DNA of 28,687 nucleotides from Oscillospiraceae bacterium (GCA_019416775.1 DXWR01000068.1:1-28687); one strand, 5' to 3'; shown: positions 1-9,500, counted from the first letter of the stretch. Program-made: numbers and translations. The notes: generated from the sequence alone by a model not told the origin.

Positions 1-77
1 CTTCTGCCTTGCACCCCTCCCGCCTTCTGAAAATAAATTCCCATAAAGCAACCACCTTTCTCTTTTTTGTTTTTCTT

Positions 78-119
78 ATTGTATCACAAAAAAGCGAAGT
101 TGTCTATCTTCGTAGACAA
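78..119 (-). promoter_or_regulatory. Leftward sigmaA-type promoter overlapping a palindromic candidate operator
   Basis: Minus strand TAGACA (106-101), 17 bp, TGaTACAAT (-10 at 83-78). The -35 is one arm of the inverted repeat TTGTCTA-N6-TAGACAA (100-119). An RBS-like GGAGGGG at 20-14 suggests a gene beyond the left edge. Confidence 0.65.
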
Positions 120-168
120 TTATTTTGAATATTCTTCGTACACTGATGCCTACAGGGAGGTTGCAGGC

Positions 169-429
169 ATGGTCGAATATAACCGATATGCAGTGGGACG
201 TGTGATACGGCAATTACGAAAAGAAAGACAGTTATCTCAGGAAGTGTTCAGCGGACTGACCGGACTGGCCCGCAGCCATTTGGCCATGATTGAAAGCGGG
301 CGGAAACAAGCTAACTTTGAAACCATCTGGCGCATTGCAGTGGCGTTTGATGTGCTGCCCCATGTACTGGTACAGCGAATCGAGGAAGAAGCGGTCAAGG
401 AACAAAGTCAATCACCACAGACAAAATAA
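169..429 (+). CDS. XRE/Cro-family helix-turn-helix transcriptional regulator (86 aa)
   Basis: GGAGG (156-160) then ATG 169; IRQLRKERQLSQEVFSGLTGLARSHLAMIESGRKQANFETIWRIAVAF is a typical HTH_3 pattern. Confidence 0.9.
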   Translation: MVEYNRYAVGRVIRQLRKERQLSQEVFSGLTGLARSHLAMIESGRKQANFETIWRIAVAFDVLPHVLVQRIEEEAVKEQSQSPQTK

Positions 430-431
430 TT

Positions 432-474
432 CAGCGGAGACCCGAACTCTTATACGGATCTCCGCTGTTTTTTA
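432..474 (+). terminator. Intrinsic terminator of the XRE gene
   Basis: CAGCGGAGA-C-CCG...CGG-A-TCTCCGCTG stem followed by a T run. Confidence 0.8.
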
Positions 475-487
475 TCTTTTAAACATC

Positions 488-515
488 AAAAAGAGCCGTC
501 CTTTCGGACAGCTCT
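488..515 (-). terminator. Intrinsic terminator of rny
   Basis: GAGCCGTCC-TTTC-GGACAGCTC hairpin preceded by AAAAA on the plus strand (U tract on minus), just after the rny stop. Confidence 0.75.
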
Positions 516-522
516 CGTGGGT

Positions 523-2103
523 TTATTTCGCATAATCCGTGACGCGGCTCTCCCGGATCAAATTGATTTTGATCTGGCCGGGATAACTCAGCTCGCTTTC
601 AATCCGCTTGGCCATTTCCCGGGCCGTGACCACCATTTTTTCGTCGTCCAGCACTTCCGGCTTGACAATCACCCGGATTTCCCGTCCGGCCTGGATGGCG
701 TATGCCTTCTCCACGCCTTCATAAGAACCGGCAATCTCTTCCAGTTTTTCCAGACGCTTGATAAAGCTTTCCACATTTTCACGCCGTGCGCCGGGACGGG
801 CTGCACTGATGGCGTCCGCCGCCTGCACCAAGCAGGCAATGACGGTTTTGGGCTCTACATCGTTGTGGTGAGCTTCCACTGCGTGAATCACTGCCGGGCT
901 TTCCTTAAACTTCCGGCACACATCCACGCCGATCTCCACATGGGAGCCTTCAATTTCATGGTTTAATGCCTTACCGATGTCGTGGAGCAACCCGGCACGG
1001 CGGGCAATGGCAGGGTCCACTCCCAATTCGCTGGCCATCATACCAGCCAGATGAGCCACTTCAATGGAGTGGTTCAGCACATTCTGCCCATAGCTGGTGC
1101 GGTAGCAAAGCCGTCCCAGCAGTTTCACAATTTCGGGGTGCAAACCGTGAACGTCAGTTTCTAAAACAGCCCGTTCCCCTTCGCTCTTAATCCGCTGTTC
1201 GATCTCCCGACGGGCTTTTTCCACTGTCTCCTCAATCCGAGAGGGATGAATCCGGCCGTCGGCAATGAGCTTTTCCAGAGTCAGTCTTGCCAGCTCCCGG
1301 CGCACCGGGTCAAAGCAGGACAAGGTAATGGCCTCAGGGGTGTCATCGATAATTAAGTCCACCCCGGTAAGAGTTTCGATCGCCCGAATATTCCGGCCTT
1401 CCCGGCCGATGATCCGGCCCTTCATCTCATCGTTGGGCAGGGCCACCACGCTGACAGTGGATTCGCTGACTTGATCAGCTGCACAGCGGGAAATGGCTAA
1501 GCTCACCAGTTCCCGGGCGCGCTGGTCACACTCGCTCTTCAGCTGCTGGTCGTAAGCGGCAATCTTTTGGGCTTTCTCATAAGCCAGATCGTCCTCCAAG
1601 GAGCTCAGCAACTGGGCTTTGGCTTCCTCTACAGTGAGCTGAGAGATCCGTTCCAAAGTCTGAATCTCGCTCTGGCAGAGCTGTTCAGCTTCTTCCAACT
1701 TCTTTTCCGCTTGTTTCAAGCGGTCGTTGAGTTTTTCTTCTTTCTTTTCCAGATTATCTGCTTTCCGATCCAGGTTTTCTTCCTTCTGCACCACGCGGCG
1801 CTCCTGGCGGGAAAGTTCACTGCGGCGATCCTTCAGCTCTTTGTCCGCCTCGCTGCGCTGGCGGTGAATTTCTTCTTGAGCTTCCAGAAGTGCCTCTTTT
1901 TTCTTGGTAGCAGCCTCTTTTTTGGCGTCTTCTACAATACGTTTGGCTTCTTCTTCGGCGGAGCCGATTTCGGCTTCAGCAATTTGTTTGCGATGTTCGG
2001 CTCCCCTCTGGAAGAAAACCTTTTTGCAAAAGATGCCCACTACTACCACGGCAATGGCCAGCACCACACAGAGCGCTGCCAATACGATGATAATTGGGTC
2101 CAT
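523..2103 (-). CDS. rny: Ribonuclease Y (526 aa)
   Basis: N-terminal TM helix, coiled coil, KH motif [17 protein letters not shown] motif [22 protein letters not shown]. Start set at ATG 2103 behind AGGAGG. Confidence 0.97.
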   Translation of the reverse strand: MDPIIIVLAALCVVLAIAVVVVGIFCKKVFFQRGAEHRKQIAEAEIGSAEEEAKRIVEDAKKEAATKKKEALLEAQEEIHRQRSEADKELKDRRSELSRQERRVVQKEENLDRKADNLEKKEEKLNDRLKQAEKKLEEAEQLCQSEIQTLERISQLTVEEAKAQLLSSLEDDLAYEKAQKIAAYDQQLKSECDQRARELVSLAISRCAADQVSESTVSVVALPNDEMKGRIIGREGRNIRAIETLTGVDLIIDDTPEAITLSCFDPVRRELARLTLEKLIADGRIHPSRIEETVEKARREIEQRIKSEGERAVLETDVHGLHPEIVKLLGRLCYRTSYGQNVLNHSIEVAHLAGMMASELGVDPAIARRAGLLHDIGKALNHEIEGSHVEIGVDVCRKFKESPAVIHAVEAHHNDVEPKTVIACLVQAADAISAARPGARRENVESFIKRLEKLEEIAGSYEGVEKAYAIQAGREIRVIVKPEVLDDEKMVVTAREMAKRIESELSYPGQIKINLIRESRVTDYAK

Positions 2104-2498
2104 CTTGGTTTGTTTCCTCCTAAACAAGATTGAGGGTGTGCCGTCCCGTTGCGGCAAATGGACTTATGTGTATCGAGAACGAAGCATTATTCCGATAAAA
2201 TGATGCGTCTATCCAGCAAACCCATCGGCCGTCGTGACGGCTGCGGATGCCCCCGCAGATGCGGGAAAAAAGTTGTTCCGTTTACGAAAAAGAATCGGCG
2301 GAACCGGAAAAATCCGTTGAACGAAAGGTTCTCGGCCACCTTCCGGCGCCTGAAAACAAGGCTCTGCCGAAAAAAGAAACCAGCTTTTCATTTGGCAGCT
2401 GATGCAGGGCAGCCCCACCATATCGAAAGGGCAAAACACCGCCAGCAAAAAAGCGTCAAAATGTTCCATTTTTCAAACAGTCCTAGGGTTCCTCATCT

Positions 2499-2527
2499 AT
2501 TTTACTTGCTTGGGAAGTAATTGTCAA
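2499..2527 (-). promoter_or_regulatory. sigmaA promoter facing rny
   Basis: Minus strand TTGACA (2527-2522), 17 bp, TAAAAT (2504-2499). Confidence 0.75.
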
Positions 2528-2629
2528 GAACATTTCAAGAAAACTGTCCAGAACAGGGCGATAAAATCCGTTCTCCTTGGTCAAAAACACCAAACTGCAA
2601 AATGCGGCTCCAAAAGGGGAAAAAACCGA

Positions 2630-2659
2630 TTGACAGCCCTTGCGGGAATATGTTACAAT
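2630..2659 (+). promoter_or_regulatory. sigmaA promoter of the rpmG-secE-nusG operon
   Basis: TTGACA (2630-2635), 18 bp, extended -10 TGtTACAAT (2651-2659). Confidence 0.8.
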
Positions 2660-2703
2660 AGCTAGTACCTCGAAGAGGTTTCTTTTTTTGCCTTCTTTTA
2701 TCG

Positions 2704-2748
2704 GGAGGAAGGCAAAAAAGATCCTTGGAGGGAGGCAAAAAACGATCC
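2704..2748 (+). repeat. Imperfect tandem direct repeat (21-22 nt) in the rpmG leader
   Basis: GGAGGAAGGCAAAAAAGATCC (2704-2724) and GGAGGGAGGCAAAAAACGATCC (2727-2748). Both are complementary to TTTTTTGCCTTC (2684-2695). Confidence 0.8.
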
Positions 2749-2769
2749 GATTTCATAGGAGGTGCCGAT

Positions 2770-2919
2770 ATGCGAGTTAAAGTTACCTTGGCCTGCACTG
2801 AGTGCAAGCAGCGCAACTATAACACCATGAAGAACAAGAAAAATGATCCCGACCGGTTGGAGATGCGCAAGTACTGCCGGTTCTGCCGCAAGCACACCGT
2901 TCATAGGGAAACCAAGTAA
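2770..2919 (+). CDS. rpmG: 50S ribosomal protein L33, Zn-ribbon (C+) form (49 aa)
   Basis: [59 protein letters not shown]; upstream of secE. Confidence 0.97.
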   Translation: MRVKVTLACTECKQRNYNTMKNKKNDPDRLEMRKYCRFCRKHTVHRETK

Positions 2920-2933
2920 AGGAGGGTTTTGCC

Positions 2934-3218
2934 ATGGCAAAGGATTCTGCGGACAAGAAGCAGGAAAAGCTCACCAAGAGCGAAAAGAAAGCTGCTGACA
3001 AAAAATCCGCCCAGAAGAAGAAAAAGGCAAACCCGTTCCAAAAGTTCATCCGCTACTGCAAGGATCTGAAGAGTGAAATCAAAAAGGTGGTTTGGCCCAG
3101 CGCCAAGCAGATCAAGAACAACAGCATTGTTGTATTGACCTTTGTGGTGATCAGCGCCGTGTTCTTAAGCCTCATCGATTTGGGCCTGGGACAGCTGGTA
3201 GCACTGGTCTTTGGATGA
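2934..3218 (+). CDS. secE: Preprotein translocase subunit SecE
   Basis: SEIKKVVWPS motif plus one C-terminal TM helix; sits between rpmG and nusG. Confidence 0.95.
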   Translation: MAKDSADKKQEKLTKSEKKAADKKSAQKKKKANPFQKFIRYCKDLKSEIKKVVWPSAKQIKNNSIVVLTFVVISAVFLSLIDLGLGQLVALVFG

Positions 3219-3270
3219 TTTCCCTTCATCCCAACTGTAAGTCACGAGAGAAAGGAACGATCCCCGGTTT

Positions 3271-3789
3271 ATGGAAGAGGCAAAATGGTATGTGATCCAC
3301 ACCTATTCCGGATATGAGAACAAGGTGTCTCACAGCATCGAGAATATGGTGGAAAACCACAATTTGCAGGATCTGATCCTGGAAGTCAAAGTTCCCATGG
3401 AAAAGGTGGAGGAACACAAAGACAACGAGGTGAAGATTGTAGAACGGAAGGTATTTCCGGGCTATGTGCTGGTGAAGATGATTCTCAACGACGACACCCA
3501 CTATATGATCCGCAGCATTCGCGGAGTCACCGGTTTTGTGGGTACTTCCACCGACCCTGTCCCTCTCACCGATCGTGAGGTGAAGCGGTTGGGCGTGGAA
3601 ACTGTTCGTTCTCAGGTGGACTACCAGGTGGGAGACACCGTCAACATTACTGCCGGTCCCATGTCCGGTTTCTCTGGCATGGTGAACTCCCTGAATGTGG
3701 CGGAAAACAAAGTCACGGTTGTGGTTTCCATGTTTGGCCGGGAAACTCCGGTAGATCTGGAGCTTGCCCAGGTAAAAAAGGTAGACTGA
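3271..3789 (+). CDS. nusG: Transcription elongation factor NusG
   Basis: WYVIHTYSGYENKV, FPGYVLVKM, KOW motif VGDTVNITAGPMSGFSG, MFGRETPVDL. Confidence 0.98.
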   Translation: MEEAKWYVIHTYSGYENKVSHSIENMVENHNLQDLILEVKVPMEKVEEHKDNEVKIVERKVFPGYVLVKMILNDDTHYMIRSIRGVTGFVGTSTDPVPLTDREVKRLGVETVRSQVDYQVGDTVNITAGPMSGFSGMVNSLNVAENKVTVVVSMFGRETPVDLELAQVKKVD

Positions 3790-3878
3790 GCCGATACCGG
3801 TTTACCGAAACCGGCGTAATTCGCCGGACTATCCAATGCCGGTTAATGCCGGCGTAGCGCTTTTGAAAAAGCGCATTT

Positions 3879-3917
3879 GTGGGAGGAACGAAAGTAAGTT
3901 TGTTCCGCCGTCACCAC
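3879..3917 (+). promoter_or_regulatory. Ribosomal protein L1-binding RNA site upstream of rplK
   Basis: GTGG-GA-GGAAC...GTTCC-GCCGTCA-CCAC: two stems around an asymmetric internal loop, matching the L1 operator pattern. Confidence 0.75.
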
Positions 3918-3938
3918 GATTGATTTGGAGGTATTTTT

Positions 3939-4364
3939 ATGGCTCAAAAAGTAACTGGTTACATTAAACTGCAAATTCCCGCCGGCAAAGCAACTCCGGC
4001 GCCCCCGGTTGGTCCTGCTCTGGGCCAGCACGGTGTGAACATTATGGCGTTCACCAAGGAATTCAACGAACGCACCAAGAACGACATTGGCCTGATCATC
4101 CCTGTGGTTATCACTGTATTCGCCGACCGTTCCTTCACTTTCGTCACCAAAACCCCTCCGGCTGCTGTGCTGATCAAGAAGGCTTGCGGTATTGAAAGCG
4201 GTTCCGGCGTTCCCAATAAGACCAAGGTCGCCAAGATCACGCGCGAACAGGTGCAGAAAATCGCAGAAACCAAGATGCCTGACCTGAACGCTTCCAGTGT
4301 AGAAAGCGCCATCAGCATGATCTGCGGCACCGCTCGTTCCATGGGTGTTGAAGTCGTTGACTGA
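3939..4364 (+). CDS. rplK: 50S ribosomal protein L11
   Basis: [30 protein letters not shown]...GTARSMG. Confidence 0.99.
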   Translation: MAQKVTGYIKLQIPAGKATPAPPVGPALGQHGVNIMAFTKEFNERTKNDIGLIIPVVITVFADRSFTFVTKTPPAAVLIKKACGIESGSGVPNKTKVAKITREQVQKIAETKMPDLNASSVESAISMICGTARSMGVEVVD

Positions 4365-4374
4365 TCGACCCCTG

Positions 4375-4402
4375 GTGGGAGGAAAATTCCGTTAATTACC
4401 AC
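4375..4402 (+). promoter_or_regulatory. Second L1-binding RNA site upstream of rplA
   Basis: GTGG-GA-GGAA-AA-TTCC-GTTAATTA-CCAC, same architecture as 3879-3917. Confidence 0.75.
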
Positions 4403-4423
4403 TTTTAGGGAGGAACAAGACTA

Positions 4424-5119
4424 ATGAAACATGGTAAAAGATATGTAACAAGCGCTAAGACCATTGAGCGCAACAAGCTGTATGAAGTAGAAGACGCTGT
4501 AAAGATGGTGTGCGACACCTCTAAGGCAAAGTTCGACGAAACCGTAGAACTCCACGTCCGTCTGGGCGTTGACTCCCGTCACGCTGACCAGCAGGTTCGC
4601 GGTGCCGTAGTTCTGCCCAACGGCACCGGTAAAACTGTCCGGGTTCTGGCTTTCTGCAAGGGCAACAATGTTGATGCTGCTCTGGCTGCTGGCGCAGACT
4701 ATGCCGGAAGCGACGAATATGTACAGAAGATCCAGGGCGAAGGCTGGATGGATTTCGACGTGGTAATCGCTACCCCTGATATGATGGGCGTGGTTGGCCG
4801 TCTGGGTAAAATCCTGGGCCCCCGTGGCTTGATGCCCTCTCCCAAGGCTGGTACCGTGACCCCCGACGTGGCAAAGGCTGTGACCGAAGCCAAAGCCGGT
4901 AAGATCGAATACCGTCTGGACAAGACCAACATCATCCACTGCCCCATCGGCAAGGCCAGCTTTGGTCCCGAAAAGCTCCAGCAGAACCTGGAAGCTTTGA
5001 TGGACGCCATCGTCAAGGCAAAACCCGCTGCCGCCAAAGGCCAGTATATTAAGTCCTGCGTGGTTGCTTCCACTATGGGTCCCGGCATTAAGGTCAGCAC
5101 CTCTAAGTACGGTGTGTAA
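4424..5119 (+). CDS. rplA: 50S ribosomal protein L1
   Basis: [40 protein letters not shown]. Confidence 0.99.
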   Translation: MKHGKRYVTSAKTIERNKLYEVEDAVKMVCDTSKAKFDETVELHVRLGVDSRHADQQVRGAVVLPNGTGKTVRVLAFCKGNNVDAALAAGADYAGSDEYVQKIQGEGWMDFDVVIATPDMMGVVGRLGKILGPRGLMPSPKAGTVTPDVAKAVTEAKAGKIEYRLDKTNIIHCPIGKASFGPEKLQQNLEALMDAIVKAKPAAAKGQYIKSCVVASTMGPGIKVSTSKYGV

Positions 5120-5147
5120 TCTTTTCTGAACAAGTTACAAATTGTAG

Positions 5148-5188
5148 AAAATTTCCCCGGCTCAACACTTGACAGCCGGGGGATTTTT
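5148..5188 (+). terminator. Probable terminator after rplA, overlapping the rplJ promoter
   Basis: CCCCGGCT...AGCCGGGG stem followed by GATTTTT. Confidence 0.65.
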
Positions 5189-5197
5189 ATGTATACT
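5169..5197 (+). promoter_or_regulatory. sigmaA promoter of rplJL
   Basis: TTGACA (5169-5174), 17 bp, TATACT (5192-5197). Confidence 0.8.
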
Positions 5198-5212
5198 AAA
5201 AATGCTGTATTT

Positions 5213-5350
5213 TTCTAAAGACAGCAGGTGAGGGGTTGTCCCTATAATTGATCGGTGCTGTCACCGTTCCGCCTGCCGAGGGAAAGTCGGAAAGAAAATT
5301 GTGTCTACACTGCCTTTCTGCTTTCTATTTCAAGCGGGAAGGCTTTTTCT
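5213..5350 (+). ncRNA. L10 leader (ribosomal protein autoregulatory RNA) with attenuator hairpin
   Basis: AAGACAGCAGGT...CCTGCCGAGG kink-turn signature, then GCCTTTCTGCTT...AAGCGGGAAGGC-TTTTT terminator before rplJ. Confidence 0.85.
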
Positions 5351-5403
5351 CTCCCGATTTCTTTGAAAAATCAGAGAATATCCATCCGGAGGTGAAATCA
5401 TTC

Positions 5404-5928
5404 ATGCCAAGCGCAACTATTCTCAGCGAAAAGCAAAAATACGTGGCAGATCTGGCCGAACAGCTCAAAAACGCTGTAGCCGGTGTGATCGTGGACTACC
5501 GCGGCATCAACGTCGCTGACGACACCGCTCTCCGTAAGGAGCTGCGGGAAGCCGGAGTGAAGTACACCGTGGTGAAAAACACCATGCTGCGGCTGGCTAC
5601 CCGGGAAGTTGGTCTGGACGTAGAGAGCGCGTTGGAAGGTACTACTGCTCTGGCCACCAGCGACAACGACTATGTAGCCGCTGCCAAGATCCTGTGCAAG
5701 TATGCTGACGCTCACGAAAACTTCAACATTAAGCTGGGCTTCATGGACGGGGAAGTTCTGGACGCTGCCAAGGTGCAGGAACTGGGCAACCTGCCTTCCA
5801 AGGAAGAACTGCTCACTCAGTTGGTCTATGTGCTGTCTGCTCCCATGCGGGGCCTGGCTGTCTCCCTCAACGAGATCGCCAAGAAGCAGGGCGGCGAGAC
5901 CGGCGAAACCGAGGAAGCTACCGCGTAA
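5404..5928 (+). CDS. rplJ: 50S ribosomal protein L10 (174 aa)
   Basis: VDYRGINV, LRKELREAGVKYTVVKNTMLR, LPSKEELL; RBS GGAGGTG before ATG 5404. Confidence 0.97.
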   Translation: MPSATILSEKQKYVADLAEQLKNAVAGVIVDYRGINVADDTALRKELREAGVKYTVVKNTMLRLATREVGLDVESALEGTTALATSDNDYVAAAKILCKYADAHENFNIKLGFMDGEVLDAAKVQELGNLPSKEELLTQLVYVLSAPMRGLAVSLNEIAKKQGGETGETEEATA

Positions 5929-5985
5929 TCTTTGCGGTATTTCCGCCTAATTGGAAAAAACTACAAATTTATGGAGGTACTCATC

Positions 5986-6357
5986 ATGGCTGATGTAGCA
6001 AAGTTTATTGAAGAGATCAAGTCCCTCACTGTTCTGGAACTGAACGAACTGGTGAAGGCCATCGAAGAAGAATTCGGCGTTAGCGCTTCTGCCGCTGTTA
6101 TGGTGGCTGGCGCTGCCGGTGCCGGCGCTGCTGCTGCCGAAGAAAAGACTGAGTTCGACGTTGTGCTGAAGGAAATGGGCGATCAGAAGATGGCCGTTAT
6201 CAAGGCTGTCCGCACCATCACCGGCCTGGGTCTGAAGGAAGCCAAGGCTGCTGTGGAAAGCGCTCCCACCACTCTGAAGGAAGCTGTGTCCAAGGACGAA
6301 GCCGAAGACATCAAGAAGCAGCTGGAAGAAGTTGGCGCTGTGGTGGAACTCAAGTAA
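5986..6357 (+). CDS. rplL: 50S ribosomal protein L7/L12 (123 aa)
   Basis: [48 protein letters not shown]. Confidence 0.98.
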   Translation: MADVAKFIEEIKSLTVLELNELVKAIEEEFGVSASAAVMVAGAAGAGAAAAEEKTEFDVVLKEMGDQKMAVIKAVRTITGLGLKEAKAAVESAPTTLKEAVSKDEAEDIKKQLEEVGAVVELK

Positions 6358-6381
6358 GTTTCCCCTTCCCAATAAGTACAC

Positions 6382-6424
6382 AAAAAGGCAACGGAGTTTC
6401 GATTCCGCTGCCTTTTTCTTTTTT
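6382..6424 (+). terminator. Intrinsic terminator after rplL
   Basis: AAAAAGGCAACGGA...TCCGCTGCCTTTTT followed by a long T-rich tract. Confidence 0.85.
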
Positions 6425-6441
6425 ATTATGAAACAAAAATC

Positions 6442-6470
6442 TAGACAATGTGCCTTTTTCATGGTATCAT
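6442..6470 (+). promoter_or_regulatory. Putative sigmaA promoter of the GLUG/dockerin gene
   Basis: TAGACA (6442-6447), 17 bp, TGgTATCAT (-10 at 6465-6470). Confidence 0.6.
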
Positions 6471-6599
6471 TTAAATAATTATACTCGTCAGAAAAGAGAA
6501 TCACATCTTTTTCGAGTAGACAACATGGATATCAGCTTTCTGAAAAGCAGATTGGACACAACATCCCTTTAAGCCCCCTTACGAAATGGAGGAATCTGT

Positions 6600-9500
6600 G
6601 TGAAAAAAGCAAAAGTTATCCTTTCATCCCTATTGGCAGCACTGTTTTTTGCCGTTTCCCTGCCTCTTTCCGCATTGCCGGTGATGGCCTCGGGATTTGC
6701 TGGTGGAAACGGCACTGCCGACAACCCCTATCTCATCCGAACTCCCGCTCAGCTTCAAGCCATGGAGGAAGATCTTTCCGCCCATTACCAGCTTGCTTCC
6801 AACATCTCCCTCAGCCAAACCACCTGGCGGCCCATCGGTGACGCAGATCACCCGTTCACCGGCAGCCTGGAGGGAAACGGCTACTCCATCACCGGGCTGA
6901 ACCTGTCCTATTCCGGGACGTCGGCGGAGCCTGTCCGGGCCGGACTGTTTGATCTGCTTCAGGGCAGCGTGAAACATCTTTCCTTGTCCGGCTCCATCAC
7001 GGCAGATCTCTCCGGCACCGCCATTCAAGCGGGACTGTTGGCGGCGGAGCTGCAGGACGCCGCTGTGTCCGACTGCACCTTTGCGGGGGAAATGATCCTC
7101 ACCACTTCCGGCAGCGAAAGCAGTGTCTACGCCGCCCTCCTTGCCGGGACAATGAACAACTCCACTGTCTCCAACTGTACCACCGACGGCTCCCTTCAGG
7201 TGGAGAGCACTGCCGCCGGCCGGGCAGCCGGCATCACCGGCAGTGCCCTTGGATGCACCATCTCCAGCTGCACCAATCAGGGAGATGTTTCCGTGCTGGC
7301 ATCCGGCACCACCACCTCCGCCCAAGCCGATGCGGCCGGTATCATCGCAGATCTCCGAGGAGATACCCAGGTCAATGACTGCCACAACTACGGCAGCATC
7401 ACCTCTTATGGCAGCGCAATGGCGAACGGCGGCGGCATTGTAGGTATACTGGGCGACTCCGCCAGCGACGGGAGTGTCACCGGCTGTGCCAATGCCGGAG
7501 CCATCGACGTATATGTCGGCGGACAGAACTACGCCGCCTATGGCGGAGGGATTGCAGGGCAAAACCGGGGAGACATCACCGACTGCCACAACACCGGTTC
7601 CGTCCATGTCTCGGACTGGAGCAGAGCCAGTTTGGGAGGTGGAGTCGTAGGTGGAAACCTGGAATCTGCCACCATATCCGGCTGTTCCAACACCGGGGAT
7701 GTCGTGGTAGAGGGCAATCTAAGTGATTCCTCCTTCTCCATGGATTACGCCGGAACTTCCTACGCCGCAGGGCTGGCTGGGCTCCATGACGGCTCTTCAA
7801 AAATAGAAGGCTGCTGGAATTCCGGCAGCGTTCACTGCTACAGTAACTGGTCATCCAGCATTGCCGGGGGCCTTTGCGGCAGTGTAAGCGCCATCGCCAC
7901 GGTGGAAAACGCATTCAACACCGGCAGCGTCTCCGCCTATCAGGAAGGGGACAGCAGCTATTCTTCTTCTGCAGGAGGCATTGTGGGCCACAATGGGGGC
8001 AACGACAACCCCGATCTGCTTCACTGCTATTCCATCGGCCGGGTGTACGCCAACGGCAGCTGGGGCACCAAAATCGGCAGCAGCTATTTCTCCTCCAACA
8101 GCGACTGCTATGCGTTGGGAGACGGGCGACTGAATGTGCGGGATGGGGGTTATATCCAATCCTCCAACATCTCCTATGTGAGCCAAACACCGGAGGAGAT
8201 GGAACAGCAGTCCACCTACGCCGCCTTTGATTTCGACACCGTCTGGCAGATGGGGGATGGAGCCAGCTATCCCTATCCCACCCTGCGGGGCAACCCCTAC
8301 ATCGCCCCTCAAGAGGACGCCACCCGGTTTGCCGGGGGCAGCGGCATGCCCTATGACCCCTATCAAATCTCCAACGCCGCCCAGCTGAACAATATGCGTC
8401 AGGAACTGGGAGCTTACTACACCCTAACCGAAGACATCGCCTTCTCTCCCTCAGATTTCGTCTCCGGCGGCGTCTACTACCACAATGGCCAAGGCTGGAC
8501 CCCCATCGGAGCAGATGAGCGCTATCCCTTCTTCGGTCTGTTGGAAGGCGGCGGCCACACTATCTCCGGCGTGACCCTCACCCCCTCCGGAAACTCCCCG
8601 CAATATGTGGGGCTGTTCGGCAGCCTTGGCGCTACCATCCGGGATTTGAATGTCACCGATCTGACCATCTGCGCTTCCTTCCACAACGCCAACCAGGAAT
8701 ATAACTCCTTTTATGTAGGCGGCTTAGCCGGTCGGAGTTATAACAGCCTGCTGGAACACATCACCGTCAGCGGCACCATCTCCGCCCAAGGGGAAGAGGA
8801 CGGCTTGTATCTGGGCGGCATATTCGGCAGCGGCGGTGGCTCCTATCACCAACAGCTTATTGCCTGCACCAATCATGCCTCTCTCCAAGGAGAAAGCCAA
8901 AACAGGCTGCGGCTGGGCGGCATTGCCGGCGCTTGCAGCGACAGTACACTGGAAGACTGCGCCAACACCGGGAAGATTGCCTCCCTGAGCGGCGGCGATG
9001 TAGGCGGCTTGATTGGCAGCAGCACCGACGGGACCTTTACTGGCGGCGTCAACAGCGGCGATGTGTCGGTGTCATCGGCACAAAACAGTGAAATCTTCAT
9101 GGGCGGAATCGTTGGCGTCAACAGCGGTACCAATATCCTCCAATGCGCCAACACCGGAAACATTACCGGGGAAAACATCTTTGACACTACCGACGAAGAA
9201 GCGTCTCATTCCACCTTTCTCTATGCCGGAGGCATTGTGGGACGTTCCTTCGAAAGTTCTCCGGTTTCAGACAGCTACAATACCGGGGATATCTGCGCCT
9301 CCTCCGCCTTCACCACCGTCCATATCGGCGGCATTACCGGAATCTGTTATTATCGAGACGAAATTTCCCGCTGCTGGAATTCCGGTTCTCTCACCGGCTA
9401 TGCCCCCTTGTACAGCTACGCCGGAGGTATTGTGGGATACAGCGGTTATGTCACCAACTGCTACAACACCGGGGATCTCTCCCTCTCCGGCAGTCAAAGG

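Noticed and set aside
67..168. N-terminal extensions in the ORF track (XRE from 67; likewise rny 2157, rpmG 2725, rplJ 5248, rplL 5932, WYL 12369, galM 13576, greA 25229)
   Set aside because: They run through promoters or leaders; downstream starts have clear RBSs and match family N-termini.
2420..2465. GGGCAAAAC...GCAAAA resembling a c-di-GMP-I riboswitch
   Set aside because: Lacks the GAAA-capped P2 and the GACGCAAAGC/P3 elements, and is oriented away from rny.
2104..2492. 6S RNA, since ssrS is sometimes found near rny
   Set aside because: I could not see the long rod with a central bubble; the local hairpins fit a leader better. An Rfam scan is needed to exclude it.
2149..2520. ORFs 2149-2520 (+) and 2209-2469 (-) in the rny-rpmG intergenic region
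   Set aside because: Weak or absent RBS, and compositions driven by A/T runs. The minus ORF cannot be fully excluded as a leader ORF but is unsupported.
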